A stretch of DNA of 64,000 bases from Candidatus Pelagibacter sp. GTDB lineage: Bacteria; Pseudomonadota; Alphaproteobacteria; Pelagibacterales; Pelagibacteraceae. Below the pieces are notes generated by a model that did no database searches, had not been told where the DNA came from, and was given only the letters and a program-made list of their open reading frames with translations. Shown piece after piece: positions 23,936 to 32,850 of the stretch (the first letter of the stretch is position 1; every line of letters starts with the position of its first letter). Made by a program: the position numbers and the translations under genes. The DNA lies in assembly GCF_052049995.1 (NCBI RefSeq), contig NZ_JBNGYX010000001.1, positions 57,850-121,849 on the forward strand. Reading direction: 5' to 3'.

Positions 23936-24829
23936 ATGGATTTCATGGTTTTCCAATATCCGATGATAACGGTCCAAGCTTGCTTGGATGGAATCCTTCT
24001 TGGAATTTTATTTGCATTGATCGCTTACGGGATGGCTCTTCAATGGGGAGTGATGAATATAATTAATATTGCACAAGGAGATCTTGTTATTTTGGGAGGA
24101 TATATTGCTTATTTTATGTATCTTTATGGCATTCACCCAGCATGGGGCGTGATTGTTGCACCAGTAATAATGTATTTCCTAGGTGTTCTAATTTACAAAT
24201 TAGTTATTAATAAAGTAGTAGATAGAGACTTGTTTATCTCCATATTAGCAACTTTTGGAATAAGCATTCTATTCATGCAATTAATGAATTTTGCATTTGG
24301 CGCAGATGTTGTCCTTGCTAACTCAGATTATGGAACAACGATGTTGTTTAACAATAATGTTGTGTTACCTAACTCAAAATTGTTTTCAGCTTTTATAAGT
24401 ATTTTATTCGCGATATGTTTAGTAATTTACATGAAAAAATCTAAGCTTGGACGTGCAATTAGAGCTACTGCACAAAATGCTAGAGCTGCTAAAATTTTAG
24501 GTGTTGATACGGAAAAAGTTTATGCAGCAACATTTGGAATTAATGCTGCTCTTTGTGGCGTTGCTGGAGCTTTAATTTCTATAACATTTACAATTCACCC
24601 TTACATGGGATTACCATATACAATTCGATCATTTATGATTGTTATTGTTGCGGGCCTAGGAAATTTACCAGGAGTTGCAATGTCTGGTATGGGTCTTGGT
24701 GTATTTGAAGAATTTGCAGACTATATTCTAGGAACAGAATTTAGAATTGGCTCTGTATTTTTACTATTAGTATTAATTTTAGTTTACAGAAGATTTAAAC
24801 TTTCGAGAAAAAGAGAGTACCTAAAGTGA
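23936..24829 (+). CDS. livH: Liv-type ABC permease (LivH class)
   Basis: GVMNIINIAQGD, SKLGRAIRATAQN, AGLGNLPG. Confidence 0.88.
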   Translation: MDFMVFQYPMITVQACLDGILLGILFALIAYGMALQWGVMNIINIAQGDLVILGGYIAYFMYLYGIHPAWGVIVAPVIMYFLGVLIYKLVINKVVDRDLFISILATFGISILFMQLMNFAFGADVVLANSDYGTTMLFNNNVVLPNSKLFSAFISILFAICLVIYMKKSKLGRAIRATAQNARAAKILGVDTEKVYAATFGINAALCGVAGALISITFTIHPYMGLPYTIRSFMIVIVAGLGNLPGVAMSGMGLGVFEEFADYILGTEFRIGSVFLLLVLILVYRRFKLSRKREYLK

Positions 24830-25008
24830 AAAAAGTTGAAATTACAGATGATACTGGAAAAATAATTAAAGTTGATATCGAAAAATTTAAAAAACATATA
24901 GATGAATATCATTTAAACGGATCAAGCGTACATGAAGAAAATGGACATTATTTTACAGTTGACCAAAAATTTAGAGACAAAATAAACAGCTTATATGAAC
25001 AAGAATAA
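24826..25008 (+). CDS. Small hypothetical protein (60 aa), soluble and His-containing
   Basis: GTG start overlaps the livH stop (GTGA); 3' end overlaps the livM start by 14 nt; fills the whole gap between the permeases. Confidence 0.75.
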   Translation: MKKVEITDDTGKIIKVDIEKFKKHIDEYHLNGSSVHEENGHYFTVDQKFRDKINSLYEQE

Positions 25009-26047
25009 TTTAATTTTATATTCTGGTATTTTGATTTTTGGATTAGTGGCTCCATTTTTATTTCCAGCTTTTAAAGTTCAGCTATCAATACTATGTGTAT
25101 TGATAGTTCTTGCGACTACATGGAATATCCAAGGCGGTGAGATGGGTTATAATTCGTTTGGAAATATTTTGTTCTATGGTCTTGGGATGTATCTTTGTGC
25201 ATCGGTTCAAGTTGGGATGTTCTTTCCGTTAGCAGAATGGACAGAGAGTGGTGGTGAAAAAACATTTGTTCATACTCCTGCTCAATTTTTTCAAGGAATG
25301 GCTGTTGGGTTAATTGTTGCAGCTATAGTTCCAACCATTATTGCTGGTTTAATTGGATATTCAATTTTAGGTCTAAGAGGACATTACTTTGCAATCTGTA
25401 CATTGGGTTTAGGAGTAGCTGCAGGTGAAATTTCTGGAGGAATAGAAATTATTGGTGCAGGCCAAGGATTTACAACACCTCCATTTCCAGACGTTGGGAG
25501 TTTAGAAGCAAGAGGAGAGTTTTTTTATTTCTTAAGTTTCTTTACTTTAATTTTGACATTTATTGCAGTGCGTTCAATTTATTCTACGCGATTTAAATTA
25601 ATACTTAATGCTATCAGAGACAATGAGGATAAAGCTGAAGCAATGGGTATTGAAACAATGAAATATAAAATTATTGGTTGGATGATCTCAGCTTTCTTTT
25701 GTGGATTAGCCGGTGGAATAATGGGAGGATTAGTTGGCTATATAGACTCTACAGACGTTGCTTTTGATGGAAGAGAGATGGGTGTGTTCATGGTATTGAT
25801 GGCAATACTTGGAGGAAAGGGAACACTTTGGGGTCCAATTATTGGTGCAACTATATTCCATATATTTAAAGAAGGTTTTTGGACATTCTTTTTAGGTTGG
25901 CAGTATGTTGCTCTTGGAGTTTTGATTGTAGTAATTGTAATTTATTTCCCAGAAGGAATTATGGGATGGTTAAGAGAAAAGTATCCAGAACGTTTCGGTG
26001 AAGTAGTTGATGAAAAAGATCGTAAAGCACAGGTAGAACTTAAATGA
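24995..26047 (+). CDS. livM: Liv-type ABC permease (LivM class)
   Basis: WNIQGGEMGYNSFG, LRGHYFAI, AIRDNEDKAEAMG, ILGGKGTLWGP. Confidence 0.88.
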   Translation: MNKNNLILYSGILIFGLVAPFLFPAFKVQLSILCVLIVLATTWNIQGGEMGYNSFGNILFYGLGMYLCASVQVGMFFPLAEWTESGGEKTFVHTPAQFFQGMAVGLIVAAIVPTIIAGLIGYSILGLRGHYFAICTLGLGVAAGEISGGIEIIGAGQGFTTPPFPDVGSLEARGEFFYFLSFFTLILTFIAVRSIYSTRFKLILNAIRDNEDKAEAMGIETMKYKIIGWMISAFFCGLAGGIMGGLVGYIDSTDVAFDGREMGVFMVLMAILGGKGTLWGPIIGATIFHIFKEGFWTFFLGWQYVALGVLIVVIVIYFPEGIMGWLREKYPERFGEVVDEKDRKAQVELK

Positions 26048-26784
26048 GTATTTTAGAAGTAAGCAATGTAAGTAAATCATTTGGTGGCGTTAAAGCTAAT
26101 GTTGACATCTCAATGAATGTTGAAAAAGGTAAGATAGTTGGATTAATTGGGCCAAATGGTTCAGGTAAAACTACATTGTTTAATTCTATTGTAGGGACTT
26201 ACCCAATAGATAATGGATCTATTAAATTTAATGGTAAAGAAGTTTCTGAGTTACCAGTCCCAGTTATTGCTAAGCTAGGACTGCTAAGAACTTTTCAACA
26301 AACTAGAATTTATGGAAAACTTAATTGTATAGAAAATATGCTCATTAGTCACAAAGGTAGTGATGCAAATTTAATGAAAATATTTTCTAAAATTCCAAAA
26401 GAATTAACTGAAAAGGCAGAAAACCTATTAAATTTTGTAGGATTATATCAAAAAAGAAAGCTAAGAGCAGGAGATCTATCTTTTGGTCAGCAAAAATTAT
26501 TAGAATTGGCCATGGCATTGATGAATGAACCAGAGATGCTACTGCTAGATGAGCCTACAGCTGGAATAAATCCTACACTAATAAATGGTATTATTGATAG
26601 ATTAATTAAAGTAAATCAAGATTTTGGAATAACACTTTTAGTGATTGAGCATAACATGAGAGTAATTATGCAATTAGCAGAAAATATTTTTTGTTTAGCT
26701 CATGGTAAAATGTTGGCTAATGGATCACCAGATGAAATTAAAAATGATAAACGTGTCATTGATGCGTATTTAGGAGCACAATAA
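26044..26784 (+). CDS. livG: Liv-type ABC ATPase (LivG class)
   Basis: GPNGSGKTT, RTFQ, LSFGQQK, LDEPTAG, IEHNM. Confidence 0.92.
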   Translation: MSILEVSNVSKSFGGVKANVDISMNVEKGKIVGLIGPNGSGKTTLFNSIVGTYPIDNGSIKFNGKEVSELPVPVIAKLGLLRTFQQTRIYGKLNCIENMLISHKGSDANLMKIFSKIPKELTEKAENLLNFVGLYQKRKLRAGDLSFGQQKLLELAMALMNEPEMLLLDEPTAGINPTLINGIIDRLIKVNQDFGITLLVIEHNMRVIMQLAENIFCLAHGKMLANGSPDEIKNDKRVIDAYLGAQ

Positions 26785-27569
26785 TGGCTAATCAATATGA
26801 AGTATTAGGAAAAGCTCCAACACCAGATGATTTAAAAAAATTATCTCCGAACGAGGTTCACTTAACTATTAAAAATTTAAACGCAGGTTATGGAAAAATG
26901 GAAATTTTACATAACTTTGATTTATTCGTAAATAAAGCTCAGTCTTTATGTTTAATTGGTCCTAATGGTGCAGGCAAATCCACAATTCTTCATTCAATAT
27001 ATGGTTTTACAAATATTTTTTCTGGCCAAATTGAACTTGAAGGAAAAGAAATTACAAATCTTACCCCAGCAGAAAAGCTAAAGTCAGTTGGTATAGCTTA
27101 TATATTACAGGACAACTCTGTATTTCCAGATATGACAGTAGAAGAAAACTTATTAATGGGAGGATACATAAAAGAAAAAACAGATGAATCATTTGAAGAG
27201 GCTGAAAGAATTTTTGAAAAGTATGAAAGGTTAAGAAATAGAAGAAATCAACCCGCAAAAGTTTTATCTGGAGGTGAGAGAAGATTATTAGAAATATCAA
27301 GAGCGTTAGTTATGAAACCTTCAGTACTTTTAGTAGATGAACCATCAATTGGACTCGAACCCAGATATATTGAAATGGTTTTTGAAATATTAAGAGATCT
27401 TCAGCAAAATGAAAAAAAAACAATCATTCTAGTTGAGCAAAATGCCAAAAAAGGATTAGAGTTTGCAGATATTGGATACGTTTTGGTATCTGGGCAAACT
27501 GCAATTGCAGGTAAAGGAGATGATTTACTTCAAAATCCTGATGTTGGTAGACTGTTCCTAGGTGGATAA
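26784..27569 (+). CDS. livF: Liv-type ABC ATPase (LivF class) with short N-terminal extension
   Basis: GPNGAGKST, LSGGERR, DEPSIGL, VEQNA. Confidence 0.92.
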   Translation: MANQYEVLGKAPTPDDLKKLSPNEVHLTIKNLNAGYGKMEILHNFDLFVNKAQSLCLIGPNGAGKSTILHSIYGFTNIFSGQIELEGKEITNLTPAEKLKSVGIAYILQDNSVFPDMTVEENLLMGGYIKEKTDESFEEAERIFEKYERLRNRRNQPAKVLSGGERRLLEISRALVMKPSVLLVDEPSIGLEPRYIEMVFEILRDLQQNEKKTIILVEQNAKKGLEFADIGYVLVSGQTAIAGKGDDLLQNPDVGRLFLGG

Positions 27570-28273
27570 TGATTAAAAAAAATTTTTTCTTTAAAGGATA
27601 TAGATCTATATTTAGTCATGATAGTCCAGCTATAGCTCTCACTTGTTGCTTTATAGCTATTGGAGCTCTATTTAAAAATTTAGGTTTTAATATTCAAGAA
27701 AGTATTTTTTCAACTGTTTTAACTTATGCTTTACCAGGCTCACTAGTGATGGCTGAGTCCATGTTAATTGGAGCATCTTTGTTAAATATTTTTTTGGCGG
27801 TATGGATTGTTAATGCAAGACTTTACCCTATGGCTGTATCTTTATTTCCGCTAATGATGCACAGAAGTCAACCTAAGTGGAAGTATTATTTTTCATGTCA
27901 TTTCATTGCTATTTCCGCATGGTTAATCATGAAAAGCAATTATAAAAACATTCCAAAAAAATATAGAATTGATTATTGGATTGGTATTGGAAGCGCAACA
28001 GTAAGTGTATCGGTAATTGGAACATTTTTAGGTTTCTCTTTCTCTGAGTATTTGAATAAAGATATGATGTTGGGTTTAGCAATTCTTAATCCAGTTTATT
28101 TTCTATGTATGATGATTGGTGCATCTAAAACTATTCCAGTTACGCTGTCTGTTTTGCTTGGAACAATATTGGGACCAATTATTTATTTACTCTCACCAGA
28201 ATGGTCAATTTTGATAGCAGGTATAATTGGTGGAACCTTAGCTTATCTAGTAGGAGAGCACAGTGTCAGCTAA
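27569..28273 (+). CDS. azlC: AzlC family branched-chain amino acid exporter subunit
   Basis: Hydrophobic; VNARLYPM, YWIG.G, followed by AzlD-size ORF. Confidence 0.8.
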   Translation: MIKKNFFFKGYRSIFSHDSPAIALTCCFIAIGALFKNLGFNIQESIFSTVLTYALPGSLVMAESMLIGASLLNIFLAVWIVNARLYPMAVSLFPLMMHRSQPKWKYYFSCHFIAISAWLIMKSNYKNIPKKYRIDYWIGIGSATVSVSVIGTFLGFSFSEYLNKDMMLGLAILNPVYFLCMMIGASKTIPVTLSVLLGTILGPIIYLLSPEWSILIAGIIGGTLAYLVGEHSVS

Positions 28274-28586
28274 TATTGTTTATGCAATTCTTGTTACGTC
28301 TTTAGCAACATTTTTGTCTAGATTTTTGGGCGCTCTAACATCTGAGGGTATAAAAGAAACTTCCAAGCTTTTTAAGTGGTTTAATTGTTTAGCCTATGCA
28401 ACCTTGGCAGCACTAATAGCTAGAACTATAATTTTTCCTGCTGGTATTTTGGTAGATGCTAGTTATTCAAGTAGATTTGTTGTTGTGCTGTTATCTTTAG
28501 TTATTTTTTTTATATCAAAGAAGAACTTTGTTTATCCTACAATTTTCTCAGCTATTTGTATGGCAATACTTAATAATTATATCTGA
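28263..28586 (+). CDS. azlD: AzlD domain small membrane protein
   Basis: 107 aa, about 4 TM, overlaps azlC stop; ATFLSRFLG, LAYATLAALIA. Confidence 0.75.
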   Translation: MSANIVYAILVTSLATFLSRFLGALTSEGIKETSKLFKWFNCLAYATLAALIARTIIFPAGILVDASYSSRFVVVLLSLVIFFISKKNFVYPTIFSAICMAILNNYI

Positions 28587-28591
28587 TTAGA

Positions 28592-28620
28592 TTGATTTAT
28601 AAAATAAGGTAAAATAAAAT
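28592..28620 (+). promoter_or_regulatory. Putative sigma70 promoter of glaH/csiD
   Basis: TTGATT (28592-28597), 17 nt spacer, TAAAAT (28615-28620), 5 nt before the ATG. Confidence 0.45.
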
Positions 28621-28625
28621 TTAGA

Positions 28626-29537
28626 ATGCAAAAAATTACAGGCATAGACATTCAAAAACATGATCAATCAAATAGGATTATAAAGATAAGTTTAGAAAAT
28701 AATATTATAGATAAATTAATTTTCCCGTTTAATAAATTCGATTTAACAGCTCTAGAGCTAAAACCATTTACAAGATTTACTTTAGCTAAAAGTTTAGATG
28801 ATTTAACAAATAATAAATTAAGCGAATTAATGAACTCAATTATTAGAGATAGATCTACAGGTTGCTTTATTATTGGACCAAAAAATATAACTCCAAAAAT
28901 TAATGATACATTTTTAGTTAAGTTATCAACTGCAATAGCTCATCTAATTGGCATACCTAATCATGATGCCATGGCAGGAAAATATTATGCTCGTTTTCAT
29001 GTTAAACATGAAGATACTAGCGACTCTTACTTAAGAAAGGCTTATAGGAATATGGATCTTCATACAGATGGGACATATGTGAAAGATGTAACCGATTGGT
29101 TAATTATGACAAAAATTGATGAGCAGAATGTTGAAGGTGGTGAAACAGCTATGTTACACCTTGATGACTGGGAGCATTGTGATGATTTATACAATGATCC
29201 AGTTGGTAGACAAAATTTTGTTTGGGGGTCACCAAAAAGTAAAAATATTGACTACAAGGTAGAGCACCCAGTCTTTTCGACTGATAAAGAGGGAAGACCA
29301 ACGATATCTTATATAGATCAATTTCCAGAACCTCAAAATATGGATCAAGGAAATTTTTTACAAAGATTGTCTGATGGATTAGAGGAAAGTAAAAATAAAA
29401 TAATTACAAAATTACCTGTTGGATTTTCTGTGATTGCAAATAATTATTTCTGGCTCCATGGAAGAAAACCTTTCAAAGAAAACAAGGAATTAAGCAGAGA
29501 ATTACTAAGAATTAGAGGTTCTTTTTTTGTTAATTAA
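28626..29537 (+). CDS. glaH: Glutarate 2-hydroxylase (carbon starvation induced protein CsiD/GlaH), Fe(II)/2OG dioxygenase
   Basis: KPFTRF, DAMAGKYYARF, DSYLRKAY..MDLHTDGT, LLHLDDW-like MLHLDDW, NYFWLHGR. Confidence 0.92.
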   Translation: MQKITGIDIQKHDQSNRIIKISLENNIIDKLIFPFNKFDLTALELKPFTRFTLAKSLDDLTNNKLSELMNSIIRDRSTGCFIIGPKNITPKINDTFLVKLSTAIAHLIGIPNHDAMAGKYYARFHVKHEDTSDSYLRKAYRNMDLHTDGTYVKDVTDWLIMTKIDEQNVEGGETAMLHLDDWEHCDDLYNDPVGRQNFVWGSPKSKNIDYKVEHPVFSTDKEGRPTISYIDQFPEPQNMDQGNFLQRLSDGLEESKNKIITKLPVGFSVIANNYFWLHGRKPFKENKELSRELLRIRGSFFVN

Positions 29538-29569
29538 TTCAATATAATCAATATAAAGTAACCAAAATT

Positions 29570-30337
29570 ATGAATTTAGGTTTTATTGGTACTGGAAAAA
29601 TTGCAGCTTCAGTGATTACTGGAATATGTAAATCAAAAATTTCTTATAAGAAAATTATTATTTCTCCAAGAAATAAAAAAATAGCTCTTGGTTTAAGAAG
29701 AAAGTTTAAAAAAATAGTTATTGCTAAGAATAATCAACAAATTGCAGATCAATCTAATTGGGTATTTTTATCAGTTACACCTACTGTTGGTGAAAAAATT
29801 ATTAAAGATTTAAAATTTAAATCGACCCAAACGGTTGTTAGTTTTATTTCGACAATTACTTTATCTCAATTAAAAAAAGCAATTAAAGTAAAAGCAAAAA
29901 TTGTAAGAGCAATACCTTTACCTCCAATTTCATTAAAAAAAGGTCCAGTGCCTATTTGTCCTCCTAATGCAAAAGTAAAAGCATTTTTTAATAATTTGGG
30001 AACAACTGTAGAAATTAAAAATGAGAAATCCTCTATAAACTTTTGGTCAACTTCTGGCATGATGGCGCCTTTTTATGAGTTGTTAAGAGTAATGACTGAT
30101 TGGTTGGTAAAAAGAGGTGTAAAAAGAAATAATGCTCAAAAATATATTACTTCTTTATTTTTAGCTTTATCTGAAGATGCTGTAGTAAATTCTAGAGAAA
30201 ATTTAAAAAATTTAGTTAAAGAGTCTCAAACACCTAAAGGATTAAATGAACAAGGTGTCAAAGAATTAACTAAATCTGGATTTTATAAATCTCTAGAAAA
30301 AACTTTAAACAGTATTCACAAAAGACTAAATAAATAA
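29570..30337 (+). CDS. proC: Pyrroline-5-carboxylate reductase family protein
   Basis: GFIGTGKIA, RAIPLP, QTPKGLNEQG; divergent from canonical ProC. Confidence 0.75.
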   Translation: MNLGFIGTGKIAASVITGICKSKISYKKIIISPRNKKIALGLRRKFKKIVIAKNNQQIADQSNWVFLSVTPTVGEKIIKDLKFKSTQTVVSFISTITLSQLKKAIKVKAKIVRAIPLPPISLKKGPVPICPPNAKVKAFFNNLGTTVEIKNEKSSINFWSTSGMMAPFYELLRVMTDWLVKRGVKRNNAQKYITSLFLALSEDAVVNSRENLKNLVKESQTPKGLNEQGVKELTKSGFYKSLEKTLNSIHKRLNK

Positions 30338-30342
30338 ATTAA

Positions 30343-31131
30343 ATGTCTGAAAATATTTTAGAGATTAATAATTTGAGTAAATATTTTGGTGGATTAGCTG
30401 CGGTTTCAGATTGTTCAATAAAAGTTAAAAGAGGAACTATCACTGGCATCATTGGGCCAAATGGATCTGGTAAAACAACTTTATTTAATTTAATTGCTGG
30501 AAACTTAAAATCCTCAGGCGGTAATGTTGTTTTTGATGATGAAAATATTACTGATGTTCCATCGTATGAGTTATTTTCTAAAGGGTTGTTAAGAACATTT
30601 CAAATTGCACATGAGTTTTCAAATTTATCTGTTTTAGAAAATTTAATGATGGTTCCAGGAAATCAATCTGGAGAAAAAATAATGACAGCATTATTTAAAC
30701 CGGGTTTAGTTGCACAAGAAGAGGCTGTGGTTAAAGAGAAAGCAAAAGAAGTTGTTGAATTTTTAAATTTAGGACATTTATCAAATGAGCTTGCTGGAAA
30801 TCTTTCAGGTGGACAAAAGAAATTATTAGAACTTGGAAGAACCATGATGGTTGATGCAAAATTAGTATTATTAGATGAAGTAGGAGCCGGAGTTAATAGA
30901 ACTTTGTTAAAAGATCTTGGAACTGCAATAGAAAAGTTAAATAAAGAAAAAGGTTATACTTTTTGTATGATTGAACATGATATGGATTTTATTGGAAGAT
31001 TATGTGATCCAGTAATTGTTATGGCTGAAGGATCAGTTTTGTTTGAAGGAACTGTTGATGAAGCAAAAAAAGATGAGAAAGTTATTGAAAGCTATCTTGG
31101 AAGAGGATCAAAATTAAAGGATACAAATTAA
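30343..31131 (+). CDS. livG: Liv-type ABC ATPase (LivG class), second system
   Basis: GPNGSGKTT, RTFQ, LSGGQKK, LDEVGAG, IEHDM. Confidence 0.92.
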   Translation: MSENILEINNLSKYFGGLAAVSDCSIKVKRGTITGIIGPNGSGKTTLFNLIAGNLKSSGGNVVFDDENITDVPSYELFSKGLLRTFQIAHEFSNLSVLENLMMVPGNQSGEKIMTALFKPGLVAQEEAVVKEKAKEVVEFLNLGHLSNELAGNLSGGQKKLLELGRTMMVDAKLVLLDEVGAGVNRTLLKDLGTAIEKLNKEKGYTFCMIEHDMDFIGRLCDPVIVMAEGSVLFEGTVDEAKKDEKVIESYLGRGSKLKDTN

Positions 31132-31838
31132 TGGCATATTTTGAAGGAATAGAAATGACAGGTGGTTATGGCAATGGTCCTGATATTATTAGTTCATGTT
31201 CAGTAAATGTTAATAAAGGTGAAATAGTTTCTATTTTAGGTCCTAATGGAGCTGGTAAATCAACTGCCATGAAAGCAATGTTGGGCTTGTTGAATTTAAA
31301 ATCTGGATCAGTAAAAATTGATGGTAAGGATATTTCAAAATTATCTCCTCAAGATCGAGTTAAGCAAGGTATTTCTTTTGTGCCACAGACTAAAAATGTT
31401 TTTTCAGGGATGACTGTTGAAGAAAATTTAGAAATGGGTGCATTTCTAGTTGAGGATGAAATCAAAAATATAATTGAGGAAATTTATGAATTATTTCCAA
31501 TTTTAAGAGAGAAAAGAAATCAGTTGGTTGGTGAACTTTCTGGAGGTCAAAGACAACAAGTAGCTCTAGGTCGAGCTTTAATGATTAAACCCACTGTTTT
31601 AATGTTAGACGAGCCAACCGCTGGTGTATCGCCAATTGTGATGGACGAATTATTTGATCATATTGTAAAAGTAAAAAGAACAAACGTTGCTATCTTAATG
31701 GTAGAACAAAATGCAAAACAAGCATTAAGCATTTCAGATAGAGGTTATGTGTTGGTCACTGGAGAAAATCGTTATTCAGGAACTGGAAAAGAATTATTAG
31801 ACGATCCAAGAGTAAGAAGCTCTTTTTTGGGAGGGTAA
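31131..31838 (+). CDS. livF: Liv-type ABC ATPase (LivF class), second system
   Basis: GPNGAGKST, LSGGQRQ, LDEPTAG, VEQNA. Confidence 0.92.
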   Translation: MAYFEGIEMTGGYGNGPDIISSCSVNVNKGEIVSILGPNGAGKSTAMKAMLGLLNLKSGSVKIDGKDISKLSPQDRVKQGISFVPQTKNVFSGMTVEENLEMGAFLVEDEIKNIIEEIYELFPILREKRNQLVGELSGGQRQQVALGRALMIKPTVLMLDEPTAGVSPIVMDELFDHIVKVKRTNVAILMVEQNAKQALSISDRGYVLVTGENRYSGTGKELLDDPRVRSSFLGG

Positions 31839-31839
31839 T

Positions 31840-32850
31840 ATGGATTTTATAAATGCAATAATTCTTTTATTAAATTATATTTTCATTCCTGCATTAACTT
31901 ATGGTTCTCAGTTAGCACTGGGTGCAATATTTGTAACACTTATTTATGGAATTTTACGATTTGCAAACTTCGCAACTGGTGACATGATGTCTTTTGGAAC
32001 CATGGCAACGATTTTATTTACATGGTATTTTCAATCTTTAGGTGTTTCTTTAGGTGTTTTACCTACTGCTTTATTAGCTATTCCTTTTGGAATAATTTTC
32101 ATGATTTTTTACATGCTTTTAATAGATAAGTTTGTCTTTAAGTATTACAGAAGTCAAAAAAGTCCTCCTGTCCAGTTTGCAATGGTAAGTATAGGAGTAA
32201 TGTTTGTAACACAAGCAGTGGTCAGAATTATAATTGGACCTGGTGATAGAAGATTTTTTGATGGTGAAAAATTCATTATTAAAGCTCGTGAATTTAAAGA
32301 GATGACAGGTTTAAATGAAGGTCTTGCATTGAAATCAACTCAAGTGATTACTATTTTTGTAACAATAGTTTTAGTCTCTTTATTATTTTGGTTTTTAAAT
32401 AGAACCAAAACTGGAAAAAGTATGAAAGCTTATTCTGATAATGAGGATCTTGCTTTGTTGTCAGGTATTGATCCTAAAAAAATAGTTTTAGTTACTTGGG
32501 TAATTGCTGGAATTTTAGCAACTATTGGTGGTGCGTTGTATGGTTTAGATAAAAGTTTTAAACCATTTACTTACTTTAATAATATGCTTCCTATTTTTGC
32601 TGCTGCAATTGTTGGAGGAATTGGAAATCCATTTGGAGCTTTTTTAGGTGGATATGTAATTGCTTTTTCTGAAATATTGCTCACTTACGCATATAAAAAA
32701 TTCTTTATGTATATTTTACCAGAAAGTATGGAGCCAAATAGTTTAGTTCAGTTACTATCTACAGATTACAAGTTTGCAGTCTCGTTCTCTATTCTTGTAA
32801 TTGTTTTAATTTATCGACCATCAGGAATATTTAAGGGGAAAGTATTGTGA
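31840..32850 (+). CDS. livH: Liv-type ABC permease (LivH class), second system
   Basis: YGILRFANFATGD, TKTGKSMKAYSDN, AAIVGGIGNPFGA. Confidence 0.88.
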   Translation: MDFINAIILLLNYIFIPALTYGSQLALGAIFVTLIYGILRFANFATGDMMSFGTMATILFTWYFQSLGVSLGVLPTALLAIPFGIIFMIFYMLLIDKFVFKYYRSQKSPPVQFAMVSIGVMFVTQAVVRIIIGPGDRRFFDGEKFIIKAREFKEMTGLNEGLALKSTQVITIFVTIVLVSLLFWFLNRTKTGKSMKAYSDNEDLALLSGIDPKKIVLVTWVIAGILATIGGALYGLDKSFKPFTYFNNMLPIFAAAIVGGIGNPFGAFLGGYVIAFSEILLTYAYKKFFMYILPESMEPNSLVQLLSTDYKFAVSFSILVIVLIYRPSGIFKGKVL

